Counted from the stretch's first letter, positions 7,414 to 17,282 are shown. The stretch is DNA of 64,000 nt from an uncultured Pseudomonadota bacterium (GCA_949296475.1 CASFOK010000004.1:861-64860), one strand, 5' to 3'. Made by a program: numbers and translations. Notes: generated by a model not told the origin, from the letters alone.

Positions 7414-9945
7414 TTAGCCAAATAAATTGAGTTGTGCAATCGCGTTCGTTTGTGAAACTTTTTTCACATTTTGTTTTTGCGTTTTTTCTTCTGTTGCAGC
7501 GTTTTTACAAACAGACGAATTACGGTCTTCTAAATCCGCCAACACGCTTTCGGCACGCGCAACGACAGATTCCGGCATCCCCGCCATCTTTGCCACATGT
7601 ATACCATACGACCTGTTTGCCACGCCTGCAACTATTTTATGCATGAATATTATTTCATTATTATGCTCGCGCACATCTATGGTCAAACAAGACACATTTT
7701 GCAATTGTCCATTCGCACACCCAACCAGCGCGGTCAGTTCATGATAGTGCGTCGCAAAAAGCGTCCTAGGTTGCAGGTTATCCAAATATTCCAAAACCGC
7801 CTGCGCAATCGCCATACCATCATACGTCGCAGTACCACGCCCTATTTCATCAAAGATTATAAAAGACTCTTTCGTTGCACGACGAAGAATGTTTGCGGTT
7901 TCGCTCATTTCCACCATAAAAGTAGATTGTCCCGCGGCCAAGTTATCCGAAGCACCCACACGACTGAACAACTGGTCACAAATACCAATCGTGGCACGCG
8001 TCGCCGGCACAAACGAGCCCATATGCGCCAACACTACCAACAACGCGTTTTGACGTAGATACGTTGATTTTCCCGCCATGTTTGGACCTGTCAACAAAGC
8101 AATTGATTTTGCGTTTAAGTTGCAGTCGTTCTTTACAAAATTATCCCCGCGCGCACGCAATACAGCCTCTATCACAGGATGACGACCGCCAACAACGTCA
8201 AACGCGTTATCTTCGGTCATATTAGGACGAACCCAAGAATACTTATCTGCCGCAACAGCCAAAGAATACCAGACGTCCAAATCCGCTAATAATTCCGCCG
8301 TTGATAGTAAATCGTCCGAAATATCACGAATCTTTTGAATCAACCTAGCAACTATATCGTTTTCTATGGCTGCAGATTTTTCGGCTGCACTTCGCACATT
8401 GTTATCTAAATCTATTAATTTGGCCGTTGTAAAGCGCATATTACCGGCCATTGTTTGACGATGTATAAAACCAGATTCCGGCTTCATCAAAGCATCTGCA
8501 CGGGCGCTGGGCACTTCTATAAAATACCCCAATATATTATTATATTTTATTTTCAACGTATGAACCCCGGTTGCCGCGGCATATTCCGCCTGCATACCAG
8601 CAATCGTTTCTTTGGCACCGTGCGCCAGACCACGCATGTTATCCAACGAAATATCAAACCCAGTCCTTATGACATTACCGTCACGAAAAAACGTTGGTAA
8701 TTCATCAGCCAGCGCAGAATTCAACTCTAACGCTAACTCGTCATGCGTTCTGATTTCGGCGAATCTGCCCGCAAAATTTGTGTCTAACCGCGTCGCCAAC
8801 ATCTTAGAATTTGGTAATTCTATCATAAAATCTGCAATATGACGCATGTCACGCGGCGTGCCGCGCCCAGCAAGCAACCTTGATAAACTGCGCCCCACAT
8901 CAGGAACGCTTGATAACACAGCAGATACAGCTGCCATAACATCTGGATTTATTAAAAAATGTCCTATATGTTCTTGTCTGCACCTTATTTCACCAATGTC
9001 ACCGGACAAAGTACGCAAATAAGAACGTAATTTCCTGGCGCCCGCCGCCGTTTTTGTGTTGTCCAAGACATCTATCAAGCAGGTTCCACCTTCATTAATC
9101 GGCGCATCAATCTCTAAACTTTTCCACGTGGCAGAATCTATTAACAACTGACGACCAGACTTGTATACATAAGGCGCCCTAAATGCAATTGATGCCCCGC
9201 GCTGCGTGTTAAATAAATATCCCGCAAGTAAACTTATCGCATTTTCACAGTTTGTATCATCGTTATCCGTACGAACCGCACCGCCAAAAACCTTTGATAC
9301 AATCTGCCCTATATCAGCGCGTTGATACAATTTTTCATACACAGGCGTTGTTTTAAATACGTCTCGTAAATGTAAAATCGTTTCGTTTTCCGCCAAAGAT
9401 TCCGGATAAATAACCTCGGCAGGATTAATTCTGACCAAGTCATCCAAAACATCCGCCGTTTGCCCGATAAAAAATTCACCCGTTGAAATATCGCAGCCGG
9501 CAATATCAAACTTGCCGCCGTCCAGTACTGTTACAGCCAATAAAAAGTTAGAGTTTTTCGGCGTTAACAAATTTTCGTCCGTCAGCGTACCGGGCGTCAA
9601 AACACGAACGACCTTTCTTTCAATAAATTTGTGCCCGCGCGCTTTCGCTTCGGCCGGCGTTTCCATCTGCTCTACCAGCGCAACCCGAAACCCTGCCCTG
9701 ACCAAGCGGCCGAAATAATTATCAGCCGCATGCCAAGGTATCCCACACATTGGTATATTTTCACCGTCACCGTCTGTACCGCGTTGCGTTAATACCAATC
9801 CCAGATTTTCACTGATTGTCTTTGCGTCTTGAAAAAACGCCTCATAAAAATCCCCAAGTCTAAACATCAATAAAGCGTCTGGATTTTCAGACTTCATATC
9901 AACATACTGTTGCATAACGGGGGTTAATTTACTTTTATCCGCCAC
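7414..9945 (-). CDS. mutS: DNA mismatch repair protein MutS
   Basis: 843 aa with TPVMQQY...GDFYE at the N-terminus, Walker A GPNMAGKST, and TATYDG. Apparent GTG start. Confidence 0.97.
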   Translation of the reverse strand: MADKSKLTPVMQQYVDMKSENPDALLMFRLGDFYEAFFQDAKTISENLGLVLTQRGTDGDGENIPMCGIPWHAADNYFGRLVRAGFRVALVEQMETPAEAKARGHKFIERKVVRVLTPGTLTDENLLTPKNSNFLLAVTVLDGGKFDIAGCDISTGEFFIGQTADVLDDLVRINPAEVIYPESLAENETILHLRDVFKTTPVYEKLYQRADIGQIVSKVFGGAVRTDNDDTNCENAISLLAGYLFNTQRGASIAFRAPYVYKSGRQLLIDSATWKSLEIDAPINEGGTCLIDVLDNTKTAAGARKLRSYLRTLSGDIGEIRCRQEHIGHFLINPDVMAAVSAVLSSVPDVGRSLSRLLAGRGTPRDMRHIADFMIELPNSKMLATRLDTNFAGRFAEIRTHDELALELNSALADELPTFFRDGNVIRTGFDISLDNMRGLAHGAKETIAGMQAEYAAATGVHTLKIKYNNILGYFIEVPSARADALMKPESGFIHRQTMAGNMRFTTAKLIDLDNNVRSAAEKSAAIENDIVARLIQKIRDISDDLLSTAELLADLDVWYSLAVAADKYSWVRPNMTEDNAFDVVGGRHPVIEAVLRARGDNFVKNDCNLNAKSIALLTGPNMAGKSTYLRQNALLVVLAHMGSFVPATRATIGICDQLFSRVGASDNLAAGQSTFMVEMSETANILRRATKESFIIFDEIGRGTATYDGMAIAQAVLEYLDNLQPRTLFATHYHELTALVGCANGQLQNVSCLTIDVREHNNEIIFMHKIVAGVANRSYGIHVAKMAGMPESVVARAESVLADLEDRNSSVCKNAATEEKTQKQNVKKVSQTNAIAQLNLFG

Positions 9946-9957
9946 GACTTAATCCAT

Positions 9958-10164
9958 TTATGCTTGCGTTCCAACCTTTAAGGTTTCTATTTTTAATTCT
10001 GCCTCTTTTAACAGTTGTTCACAATAAGCCTTTAATTTTATTCCCTGTTCATAGGCAGCAACAGAATCAGACAAAGACAGTTCACCTGCCTCCATCTTTT
10101 TAACAAGTTCTGTTAATTGCTTGTACGCTTCTTCAAAAGATAGTTTATTTTCGTCCATAACCAA
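9958..10164 (-). CDS. xseB: Exodeoxyribonuclease VII small subunit
   Basis: 68-aa helical protein with the SFEEAYKQLTELVKKMEAGELSL signature of XseB. Confidence 0.85.
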   Translation of the reverse strand: MVMDENKLSFEEAYKQLTELVKKMEAGELSLSDSVAAYEQGIKLKAYCEQLLKEAELKIETLKVGTQA

Positions 10165-10243
10165 CCCTTATGTATACACGGAAAAGATACAAAATTAAAT
10201 CTAGAAACGCAAATAAAATAACTTAAATATTACAAAAAAAACA

Positions 10244-10270
10244 CAAAAAAACCCCGTATAAAACGGGGAA
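10244..10270 (-). terminator. infC intrinsic terminator
   Basis: CCCCG-N7-CGGGG stem followed by a T-run on the minus strand, directly after the infC stop. Confidence 0.55.
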
Positions 10271-10272
10271 AT

Positions 10273-10821
10273 TTACTTTGCCGGTGCAATAAGAATGGAC
10301 TTGGTTCGTTCATCAGGCTTTGACTTTGTTTCCAAAGTCCCCTTATCACCTACCAGTTCCAATATTTTTGCAAACAATTCTGGAATAGCATCTTTGCCAC
10401 GCGCCAACACTTTTTTAGACCCACGGGTCATTACAGAAATTTTTACTTTATTACCTTCCCCCAGAAACTCAAAAACCTTTTTCATTTTTATGTTTAAGTC
10501 GTTTTCTTCAATGAAAGGTTTTACCCAAACTTCTTTTACTTCTATTGTTTTTTGGTTTTTTCTGGCTTCGCTGGCACGTTTTTTCTGTTCGTACTTAAAC
10601 TTACCATAATCCATTATTTTCACGATGGGTGTCGCACCGTTTGCATTTATTTCAACTAAATCCATACCTTCGTCAGCAGCGACCTGCAAAGCCTGCGAAG
10701 TCGGCATTATGCCCAGATTTTGCCCATTAGAACTTATTACTTGCACCGTTTTTGCAAATATCTTGTTGTTTATACGCGGTCCCATGTCCCGACGATTATC
10801 ACGGTTAAATGTTTGTTTAAT
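10273..10821 (-). CDS. infC: Translation initiation factor IF-3, non-canonical ATT start
   Basis: IF-3 N- and C-domains are present. The reading frame stays open 12 codons upstream of the first ATG, up to an ATT codon preceded at proper spacing by AAGGAG. An AUU start is the known infC autoregulatory feature. Confidence 0.9.
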   Translation of the reverse strand: MKQTFNRDNRRDMGPRINNKIFAKTVQVISSNGQNLGIMPTSQALQVAADEGMDLVEINANGATPIVKIMDYGKFKYEQKKRASEARKNQKTIEVKEVWVKPFIEENDLNIKMKKVFEFLGEGNKVKISVMTRGSKKVLARGKDAIPELFAKILELVGDKGTLETKSKPDERTKSILIAPAK

Positions 10822-10858
10822 TGTAGGCTCCTTTATATATTTATGCGGAAATTATTAC

Positions 10859-11659
10859 CTATTCATCAGCACTTTTCAACAAATTTTGTACAAGTTGCAA
10901 CGCGGTCCATGCGTCGCGCTTTGCGGCAGGCTTTAACATTAAATAGTTCGGATGAAATATAGGCACGCAAACAGCACCAGATTCTAGTTTATTAACACTT
11001 CCGTGTGCCTTTGGTAAATTGACGCCGGCAACCTGATTCGCCGCCAAAGTCCCAAGCGTCAAAATCACCCGCGGTTTTAATAAATCCAACGCCTTGTCTA
11101 CGAAAGGCCTTGTTAAATCTAATTCACTTTGCGATGGCGTCCTGCCACCAGGAGTGCGCCAAAACACTAATGGAACGATAGACACATTTTCACGCGTCAT
11201 ATTAATCGCAGATAACATCTTATCTAACAAATCCCCTGCCCCCCCAGATAAAATCTTACCGCTTATATCGTCTTCGCCACTTGGAATATCGGTAATAATC
11301 ACCAATCCGTTTGGCGCGCTTGCCACGCTGGGCAAAACAACATTCGTTGCACCCGCACGCAGCGGATGATTAAACTCGCTAATCATTCGATTTAAACTAA
11401 GCATGTCACAAGGACGACCAGCCATAGAACGCACCGTATCAACCGACATGCCGACCACCGGTTCAATCGGCGGCACAACGGTAGTCTTTGTTCGACCATC
11501 AACATTATATTCAACCGAAGAAATTTCTGGCTTTACAGCCTGTTTCATACTTCTTAACGCGACGGGCGTATCTTCCAACTCCCACTTAATGCCATACAAA
11601 GACAAATCGCGCAAATCATTACCATACATCGTTTTGATTTCCCTTGATTTTATAAACAT
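10859..11659 (-). CDS. Uracil-DNA glycosylase, family 4 type with N-terminal extension
   Basis: SGEDD...GAGDLLDKML and FHPNYL motifs in the C-terminal ~170 aa. Confidence 0.8.
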   Translation of the reverse strand: MFIKSREIKTMYGNDLRDLSLYGIKWELEDTPVALRSMKQAVKPEISSVEYNVDGRTKTTVVPPIEPVVGMSVDTVRSMAGRPCDMLSLNRMISEFNHPLRAGATNVVLPSVASAPNGLVIITDIPSGEDDISGKILSGGAGDLLDKMLSAINMTRENVSIVPLVFWRTPGGRTPSQSELDLTRPFVDKALDLLKPRVILTLGTLAANQVAGVNLPKAHGSVNKLESGAVCVPIFHPNYLMLKPAAKRDAWTALQLVQNLLKSADE

Positions 11660-11708
11660 TTTATTATAGACTAAAACACGAGCAACAAAAACTCAAGGGA
11701 GTATTTTC

Positions 11709-12125
11709 ATGAAAATAAAAAACTTTGCTATATTGGCCGGTGTTGCGGGTATGTTGGCCGCTTGCGGTGGCTCTAACATCGTTGAACCAGCTGATTTAAA
11801 CGATCAACGCGTATTCTTCGCATTTAACTCATCTGAAATTTCTGATGAAGCACGCGATAATTTGTTGGGTCAATCTTTGTATATGAAGAATCACCCAGAA
11901 ACAAATATCCAAATCGCCGGTAACTGCGACGAACGCGGTTCAACAGAATACAACTTGGCATTAGGCGCACGCCGTGCAAACGCTGCCAAAGATGTAATGG
12001 TAAAAGACGGTATCGATTCTAAACGTATTTCTACAATTTCTTACGGTAAAGAACGTCCATTGGTTCAAGGGACGGGCGAAGAAGTTTGGAAATGGAATCG
12101 TAACGCAACCACAACAGTTAAATAA
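11709..12125 (+). CDS. pal: Peptidoglycan-associated lipoprotein (OmpA-family)
   Basis: Lipobox LAAC, and an OmpA-like domain NCDERGSTEYNLALGARRANA. Confidence 0.9.
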   Translation: MKIKNFAILAGVAGMLAACGGSNIVEPADLNDQRVFFAFNSSEISDEARDNLLGQSLYMKNHPETNIQIAGNCDERGSTEYNLALGARRANAAKDVMVKDGIDSKRISTISYGKERPLVQGTGEEVWKWNRNATTTVK

Positions 12126-12138
12126 TTGTATGTGTATA

Positions 12139-12169
12139 AAAAAATGCCGGCAAATGCCGGTATTTTTTT
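12139..12169 (+). terminator. pal intrinsic terminator
   Basis: ATGCCGGC-AAAT-GCCGGTAT stem followed by T7. Confidence 0.65.
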
Positions 12170-12220
12170 ATCTGGTACACATTTACACAATTTATAAAAA
12201 GCCCTTAACCAAACAGAAAT

Positions 12221-12246
12221 CAGGCCGGCTTTTGCCGGTTTTTTTT
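12221..12246 (+). terminator. Second, orphan plus-strand terminator in the pal-parB spacer
   Basis: CCGGC-TTTT-GCCGG stem followed by T8, about 50 nt after the first terminator. Confidence 0.4.
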
Positions 12247-12319
12247 AACAAAAGTTACAAACCACAACAGCAAAACTATTTATAAAATAAAAAACGAATA
12301 AAAATCAATATAATCACCA

Positions 12320-12346
12320 AATAAAAAGCCGGTATTTACCGGCTTT
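12320..12346 (-). terminator. parB intrinsic terminator
   Basis: GCCGGT-ATTT-ACCGGC stem abutting the parB stop codon, with a T-run on the minus strand. Confidence 0.6.
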
Positions 12347-13222
12347 TTATTTGGTTAATTTATCTACTAACTCTTGCAACTGGGTTCTTGTTGCAAACGA
12401 CAAAATCACACAACCTGCCCCGCCCCTTTTTTCGTTTAATTTAACCGGGACGTCCAGGGCATTTTTTATGCGCATTTCAATATCACGAACAGTGTCTGCA
12501 TCTATGGTCTTGGATACGTACGCGCGACTTTTTGCAGAACGCCCCGACAATTTCACCATCTTTTCCGTTTCCGCAACAGACATCTTTTTTTCCACTATCT
12601 CGTTAGCAAGTTGAACAGGATTTTCTGCCACAGCCAATGCACGGGCATGCGACGGAGATAAACTTCCCTGCTCTACCATGTCTGTAACAGCCGTCGGCAA
12701 GGACAATAATCTTATCGTATTTTTTATATAACTTTCTGATTTTCCTATCAACCTGGATACATCGGACATAGCATATTCACATTTATCCATAAGGTTTTTA
12801 TAAGCGGCCGCCTCTTCTATCGGATTCAGGTTTTCGCGTTGAACGTTTTCTATTAACGCAATCTCCATTGCATTTTCATCTGTTATCTTTTTTACCAAGG
12901 CAGGAATTTCGTTTAACCCTGCTATTTTACTGGCACGAAAACGTCTTTCACCGGCAACGATTTCATACATATAAGGCCGCCCAGTTACAGCACGCAATAA
13001 AATAGGTTGCAAAACCCCTTTTTCTTTAATTGATGCCGCCAACTCTTGCAATTCGGCATCAGAAAAAATTTTTCTGGGCTGGTCCGGATTAGCACCAATT
13101 TGTACCAACGGTATTTGTTTAACAACGACACGTTCGCCGCCTGTTAAAATAGAAATATCAGGAATCCCCCCCATCTCTTCTTTTAAATCGGCCAAACCAC
13201 GTCCTAAACCAAACTTTGTCAT
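12347..13222 (-). CDS. parB: Chromosome partitioning protein ParB
   Basis: ParB box GERRFRASKIAGL plus an HTH region. Overlaps the parA stop. Confidence 0.93.
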   Translation of the reverse strand: MTKFGLGRGLADLKEEMGGIPDISILTGGERVVVKQIPLVQIGANPDQPRKIFSDAELQELAASIKEKGVLQPILLRAVTGRPYMYEIVAGERRFRASKIAGLNEIPALVKKITDENAMEIALIENVQRENLNPIEEAAAYKNLMDKCEYAMSDVSRLIGKSESYIKNTIRLLSLPTAVTDMVEQGSLSPSHARALAVAENPVQLANEIVEKKMSVAETEKMVKLSGRSAKSRAYVSKTIDADTVRDIEMRIKNALDVPVKLNEKRGGAGCVILSFATRTQLQELVDKLTK

Positions 13223-13998
13223 TACGCTACCTCTTTCTCTATTTTTTGTATCAATTCGGTGGCAACACGCAAATAAGCCTGCGCGCCAGCAGAATTAAAA
13301 TCATAAAACAACGCCGGCTTTCCATGGCTGGGCGCTTCTGATACACGAACATTACGCGGTATAACGGTTTTGAAAACCGTGTCACCAAAAGTATTTCTTA
13401 CATCATCTTCCACGGCGCGCGTCAAACCATAACGCTTGTCATACATAGTTAACAATACACCCAAGACCTCTAAATTCGGGTTCCATTTATTTTTTATCTC
13501 GTTTACAGAATTAATTAAATGACTGATTCCTTCCAAAGCATAAAATTCGCACTGCAGCGGTATAATAACATAATCAGCCGCGGTTAAAGCGTTCAGCGTC
13601 AAAAATCCAAGGGCAGGTGGACAATCCAGTAAAATATAATCATAATGTTCCATAATCGGCGCCAAGGCATCACGCAACCGATATTCACGATTATCAACAT
13701 CTAACAAATCAACCTCGGCCCCGGCCAAAGCCATCGTAGAAGGCATTATATGCATACCTTGAACCGCCGTGGATAAAATATTATCAGCCGCGCTGGCAGT
13801 CCCCATAATCACACCATAAACACTTTGACGATGAGAAGCGCGAACAAATCCCAAACCCGTACCGGCATTTCCCTGCGAATCTAAATCCACCAATAAAACG
13901 CGTTTTTTTATCGCAGCCAAAGACGCACCTATATTTATTGCCGTGGTAGTTTTACCGACACCACCTTTTTGATTTGCAAAAGCAATTATTTTTGTCAT
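13222..13998 (-). CDS. parA: Chromosome partitioning ATPase ParA/Soj
   Basis: Deviant Walker A NQKGGVGKTTT; 258 aa. Confidence 0.93.
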   Translation of the reverse strand: MTKIIAFANQKGGVGKTTTAINIGASLAAIKKRVLLVDLDSQGNAGTGLGFVRASHRQSVYGVIMGTASAADNILSTAVQGMHIMPSTMALAGAEVDLLDVDNREYRLRDALAPIMEHYDYILLDCPPALGFLTLNALTAADYVIIPLQCEFYALEGISHLINSVNEIKNKWNPNLEVLGVLLTMYDKRYGLTRAVEDDVRNTFGDTVFKTVIPRNVRVSEAPSHGKPALFYDFNSAGAQAYLRVATELIQKIEKEVA

Positions 13999-14109
13999 CT
14001 ATTTCCTTCCAATTTTTTATTTCTTATTCAGGATATAAAAACGCCACGATTCAGTCAAGATAATTATATTTTAATTGTAAAAAACAAGAAAAATCAAACA
14101 GTTATAACT

Positions 14110-14125
14110 AATTTCATGTGAAACA
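14110..14125. promoter_or_regulatory. parS-like site (13 of 16 matches to TGTTTCACGTGAAACA; right half perfect)
   Basis: AATTTCATGTGAAACA in the parA-rsmG spacer. Confidence 0.45.
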
Positions 14126-14204
14126 ACACACATATACCCCCGTTACAACCAAGCAAAAAACAAATTAATATGTAAAAAAATACTATTTTCAATCAGATAA
14201 ACAT

Positions 14205-14220
14205 AGTTTCATATGAAATT
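14205..14220. promoter_or_regulatory. Degenerate parS-like palindrome
   Basis: AGTTTCATATGAAATT (11 of 16 matches), with core palindrome TTTCATATGAAA, at the rsmG stop. Confidence 0.3.
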
Positions 14221-14779
14221 ACCGGCTGTTTTGAATAATTAATATATAACCATCACCGGTTTTTGACGGTATTAAATCGTAATCAAATTTATATTTTTGT
14301 TTTGCCACAGAAATTTCGTTCAAAACTTCCCGGCCTTTTAATAGAAAAAGCCGGCATTTTGTTTTTGCAACATAATCTAATATTTTAATCAAAGGTGCAA
14401 ATGCGCGCGCAGTAAAAATAATATTTTTCTTGTCACGGGGCAGGGTAGGTATAAAAACCTCTACCCGACCGTTATAAATCGTCAAATTATCCAAATTTAA
14501 TTGTGTTTTTACTTCTTCTAAGAAAACGGCTTTTTTACCAATGGACTCTATACAAACGACATTCCACCCTAATATAGCAAGAACAACGCCAGGAAAACCG
14601 GCACCACTGCCCAAATCTATTACAGTTACACCAGATGGTATAATGTCCGCCAATTGTGCAGAATCGTCAAAATGCCTTTCTTGGATACTTTCAAGCGTGC
14701 TGGGCGCAACAAGGTTCATTTTTTCTGACCATTCGCGTAATAATTTTTCATAAAGATTAAATTTTGCTTTATTATTCAT
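14219..14779 (-). CDS. rsmG: 16S rRNA (guanine527-N7)-methyltransferase
   Basis: GidB family: DLGSGAGFPGVVLAI SAM motif, and rsmG-parA-parB synteny. Confidence 0.9.
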   Translation of the reverse strand: MNNKAKFNLYEKLLREWSEKMNLVAPSTLESIQERHFDDSAQLADIIPSGVTVIDLGSGAGFPGVVLAILGWNVVCIESIGKKAVFLEEVKTQLNLDNLTIYNGRVEVFIPTLPRDKKNIIFTARAFAPLIKILDYVAKTKCRLFLLKGREVLNEISVAKQKYKFDYDLIPSKTGDGYILIIQNSR

Positions 14780-14805
14780 GAATATTATTGTAGCATAAGT
14801 TTCAC

Positions 14806-16422
14806 ATGAGGAAAACAGAAACTTTATTAACCGGTATTCTTTTAATTGCTGTTATTATTATAACTGGCGGCGCCTTTTGGTATCATAAACATGAAACAAA
14901 TCGCGTTGATACTTTTGATTACGAAACGACAAAATATGGCGCATTTTTGGCGACGCAACACGCTGTATATATTAATGACTTTGAAAAAGCGGCCGAATTT
15001 TCAAAAACACTTGAAGATGTTGATTATCCGGCGGTACAGTCTACAAAGATGCTGGCCGAGTTTCTTAGTGGCGAGTTACCTAAAAACGTAGAATCGCTTA
15101 AAGACGAAAAAGCATCTGCATCCAGGTTAATTTACGACGCATATCTTGTAACACAAGATAATTGGAAAGAATTATATGATCGCCATAAAAAAGATGAATC
15201 TGCTTTGGCATCGCCTTTGAAAATATGGGCTTCTGTGGCGACTAAGCATGAAAAAGACGCACTGAAATTCATTGATGGACTGCCTACTAACAATTCATGG
15301 AAAGACTTTGTTCGTGGTCAGATTTATGCAGAATTAAACCAGCCAGAAAAAGCCGCAGAGTATTTTGCAAAAGTCAGTCCAGACTTTATGAATATAAATG
15401 ACTATCTGTACATAAGTTCTTTTTACAAACATCATAATATGGCAGAGGCTGGCGATAAATTATACTCTGATTTTACAGCCAGACCAGGCGGTATGTTTAT
15501 GTTAGATTACAAAGATATTCCTGACTGGTCTTATTTTTCTGGATATAAAAACGCTTTGGCTTTCAGTTTGGTACAAAATGTATCGCATACACAAATTATG
15601 ATGTATTCGGACTTATCAATTTTATTATTGCGTTTCGCACAAATTATCGGTCCAAGTTTTACAGAAAATAGCGACGAAATAAATTACTATCTGGGTCAAT
15701 ATTTTTATAACAATAACGGAAATTACGAACAACATTTTAACAAAATACAAAAAGACAGCCCTTTTTATCTATTTGCCACCATACGTTTAGCCGATAAAAG
15801 TGGGAATTTAGAAAAACTGGAAGAGGCGTTCGCTGAAAATCCGCTGTTTATCCCGGCTGTAAATAAACTGGTTGCACATCATACAAAAAACGGGTCAAAA
15901 CGTGCGGCATTACGCGTTGTTAATACCGCCCTTGATAACGAGAAATTAAACGATGCAGGGCGCGCTTTCTTGTTAAAAAGCCGTGCATTAATTTATTATA
16001 CTTTTGGTGATTTTGATAAGGCGCAATCGGACTTACACGATGCTTCAAAGGGCATACCTTTGGACACGGATGTTTTATCGCTGCAAGCAAAGATATGGGC
16101 GGCGCAGAATCGTGAAATTGAAAACGCCTATGATTACGCGATGTTGCTGGTGACAAAAAATCCAACCGATATAAACGCGTGGGACACATTGGGACGCGTT
16201 GTGTATGTACGCGAAGGGCTGCAGCCAGCATTAGACGTATTGGTACGCGTTGGTGAATTATCTGTAACGTGTTCTTCTTTGTTTGAGCAGCTAGGCGATT
16301 TATACACAGAATCTGGCGATATAAAATTAGCCAAAGACGCCTATTTACGTGCAATAGAATTATCAGATGACGGATTGGTCATAATTCCAGAAATACAAAA
16401 AAAACTAAGGAAAATTAAATGA
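14806..16422 (+). CDS. Membrane-anchored TPR-like repeat protein (hypothetical)
   Basis: N-terminal TM helix followed by helical-repeat character, e.g. the C-terminal GDLYTESGDIKLAKDAYLRAIEL. Confidence 0.5.
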   Translation: MRKTETLLTGILLIAVIIITGGAFWYHKHETNRVDTFDYETTKYGAFLATQHAVYINDFEKAAEFSKTLEDVDYPAVQSTKMLAEFLSGELPKNVESLKDEKASASRLIYDAYLVTQDNWKELYDRHKKDESALASPLKIWASVATKHEKDALKFIDGLPTNNSWKDFVRGQIYAELNQPEKAAEYFAKVSPDFMNINDYLYISSFYKHHNMAEAGDKLYSDFTARPGGMFMLDYKDIPDWSYFSGYKNALAFSLVQNVSHTQIMMYSDLSILLLRFAQIIGPSFTENSDEINYYLGQYFYNNNGNYEQHFNKIQKDSPFYLFATIRLADKSGNLEKLEEAFAENPLFIPAVNKLVAHHTKNGSKRAALRVVNTALDNEKLNDAGRAFLLKSRALIYYTFGDFDKAQSDLHDASKGIPLDTDVLSLQAKIWAAQNREIENAYDYAMLLVTKNPTDINAWDTLGRVVYVREGLQPALDVLVRVGELSVTCSSLFEQLGDLYTESGDIKLAKDAYLRAIELSDDGLVIIPEIQKKLRKIK

Positions 16423-17282
16423 AAGTCGGTGTTATTGGTGCTGGCGCGTGGGGGACGGCCTTGTCCATTATTTCTGCACGTGGCGGGGCAGATGTAATCT
16501 TATGGTCTTTTGACGGCGAAAAGAAAGAATTTGATGGTATAGATGTCCCGAAAAATTTATACATAACAAAAGATATGAAATATCTGAGGGATTGTGATGC
16601 ATGGCTTATGGTTACACCCGGGGCATTTTTCCGTGAAACGCTGCGAAAAGCGACACATTTTTACAATAAGCAGCCGATAATCATCTGCACCAAAGGTGCT
16701 GAATACTCAACCGGCTGTTTTATGTCCGAAATTTTACAATCGGAATTACCAGAAGTTTCAGATTTTGGCGTTCTGTCTGGTCCACAATTCGCCGCAGAGG
16801 TCGCACGCGGTGTTCCGACAGGTTCCACGCTTGCAGGTACACCAAAAGCGATAAAAATCGGCAGGGATATATTACATTTATTATACATAAACGACAGTGA
16901 CGATATAATAGGCACAGAAATATGTGGGGTCGGTAAAAATGCGGTTGCCTTGATTTGCGGTTATAATTCTATTGCTTGCAACGGTGAAAATGAACGCGCG
17001 ATGATATTCACGCGCGCATGGAACGAGGTCATGAATATAGGACTGGCCAGCGGGGCAAAAATGCGTACATTTTTAGACTTATGCGGAATAGGGGATTTAT
17101 TTCTATCTGCTACCTCTGCAACCAGCCGTAATTTTGCGGGCGGAATGGCAATTGCAAAGGGCGATAAACCCGAAGGTACCGTAGAAGGTATATTCGCACT
17201 AAACGGTTTAATTAACAGAGCAGGGCAATTAAAAACCGAGGTGCCAATTTTAAAAGCAATGCAAAAGAAATTAAATGTATAA
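16419..17282 (+). CDS. gpsA: NAD(P)H-dependent glycerol-3-phosphate dehydrogenase (short form)
   Basis: MKVGVIGAGAWGTAL Rossmann motif, GPQFAAEVARGVPT, and GKNAVAL. Confidence 0.88.
   Translation: MKVGVIGAGAWGTALSIISARGGADVILWSFDGEKKEFDGIDVPKNLYITKDMKYLRDCDAWLMVTPGAFFRETLRKATHFYNKQPIIICTKGAEYSTGCFMSEILQSELPEVSDFGVLSGPQFAAEVARGVPTGSTLAGTPKAIKIGRDILHLLYINDSDDIIGTEICGVGKNAVALICGYNSIACNGENERAMIFTRAWNEVMNIGLASGAKMRTFLDLCGIGDLFLSATSATSRNFAGGMAIAKGDKPEGTVEGIFALNGLINRAGQLKTEVPILKAMQKKLNV

Noticed and set aside
13999-14218. Replication origin in the 220-bp parA-rsmG spacer
   Set aside because: No TTATCCACA-type DnaA boxes and no AT-rich 13-mer cluster were seen, only parS-like palindromes. Neither dnaA nor hemE is in the window.
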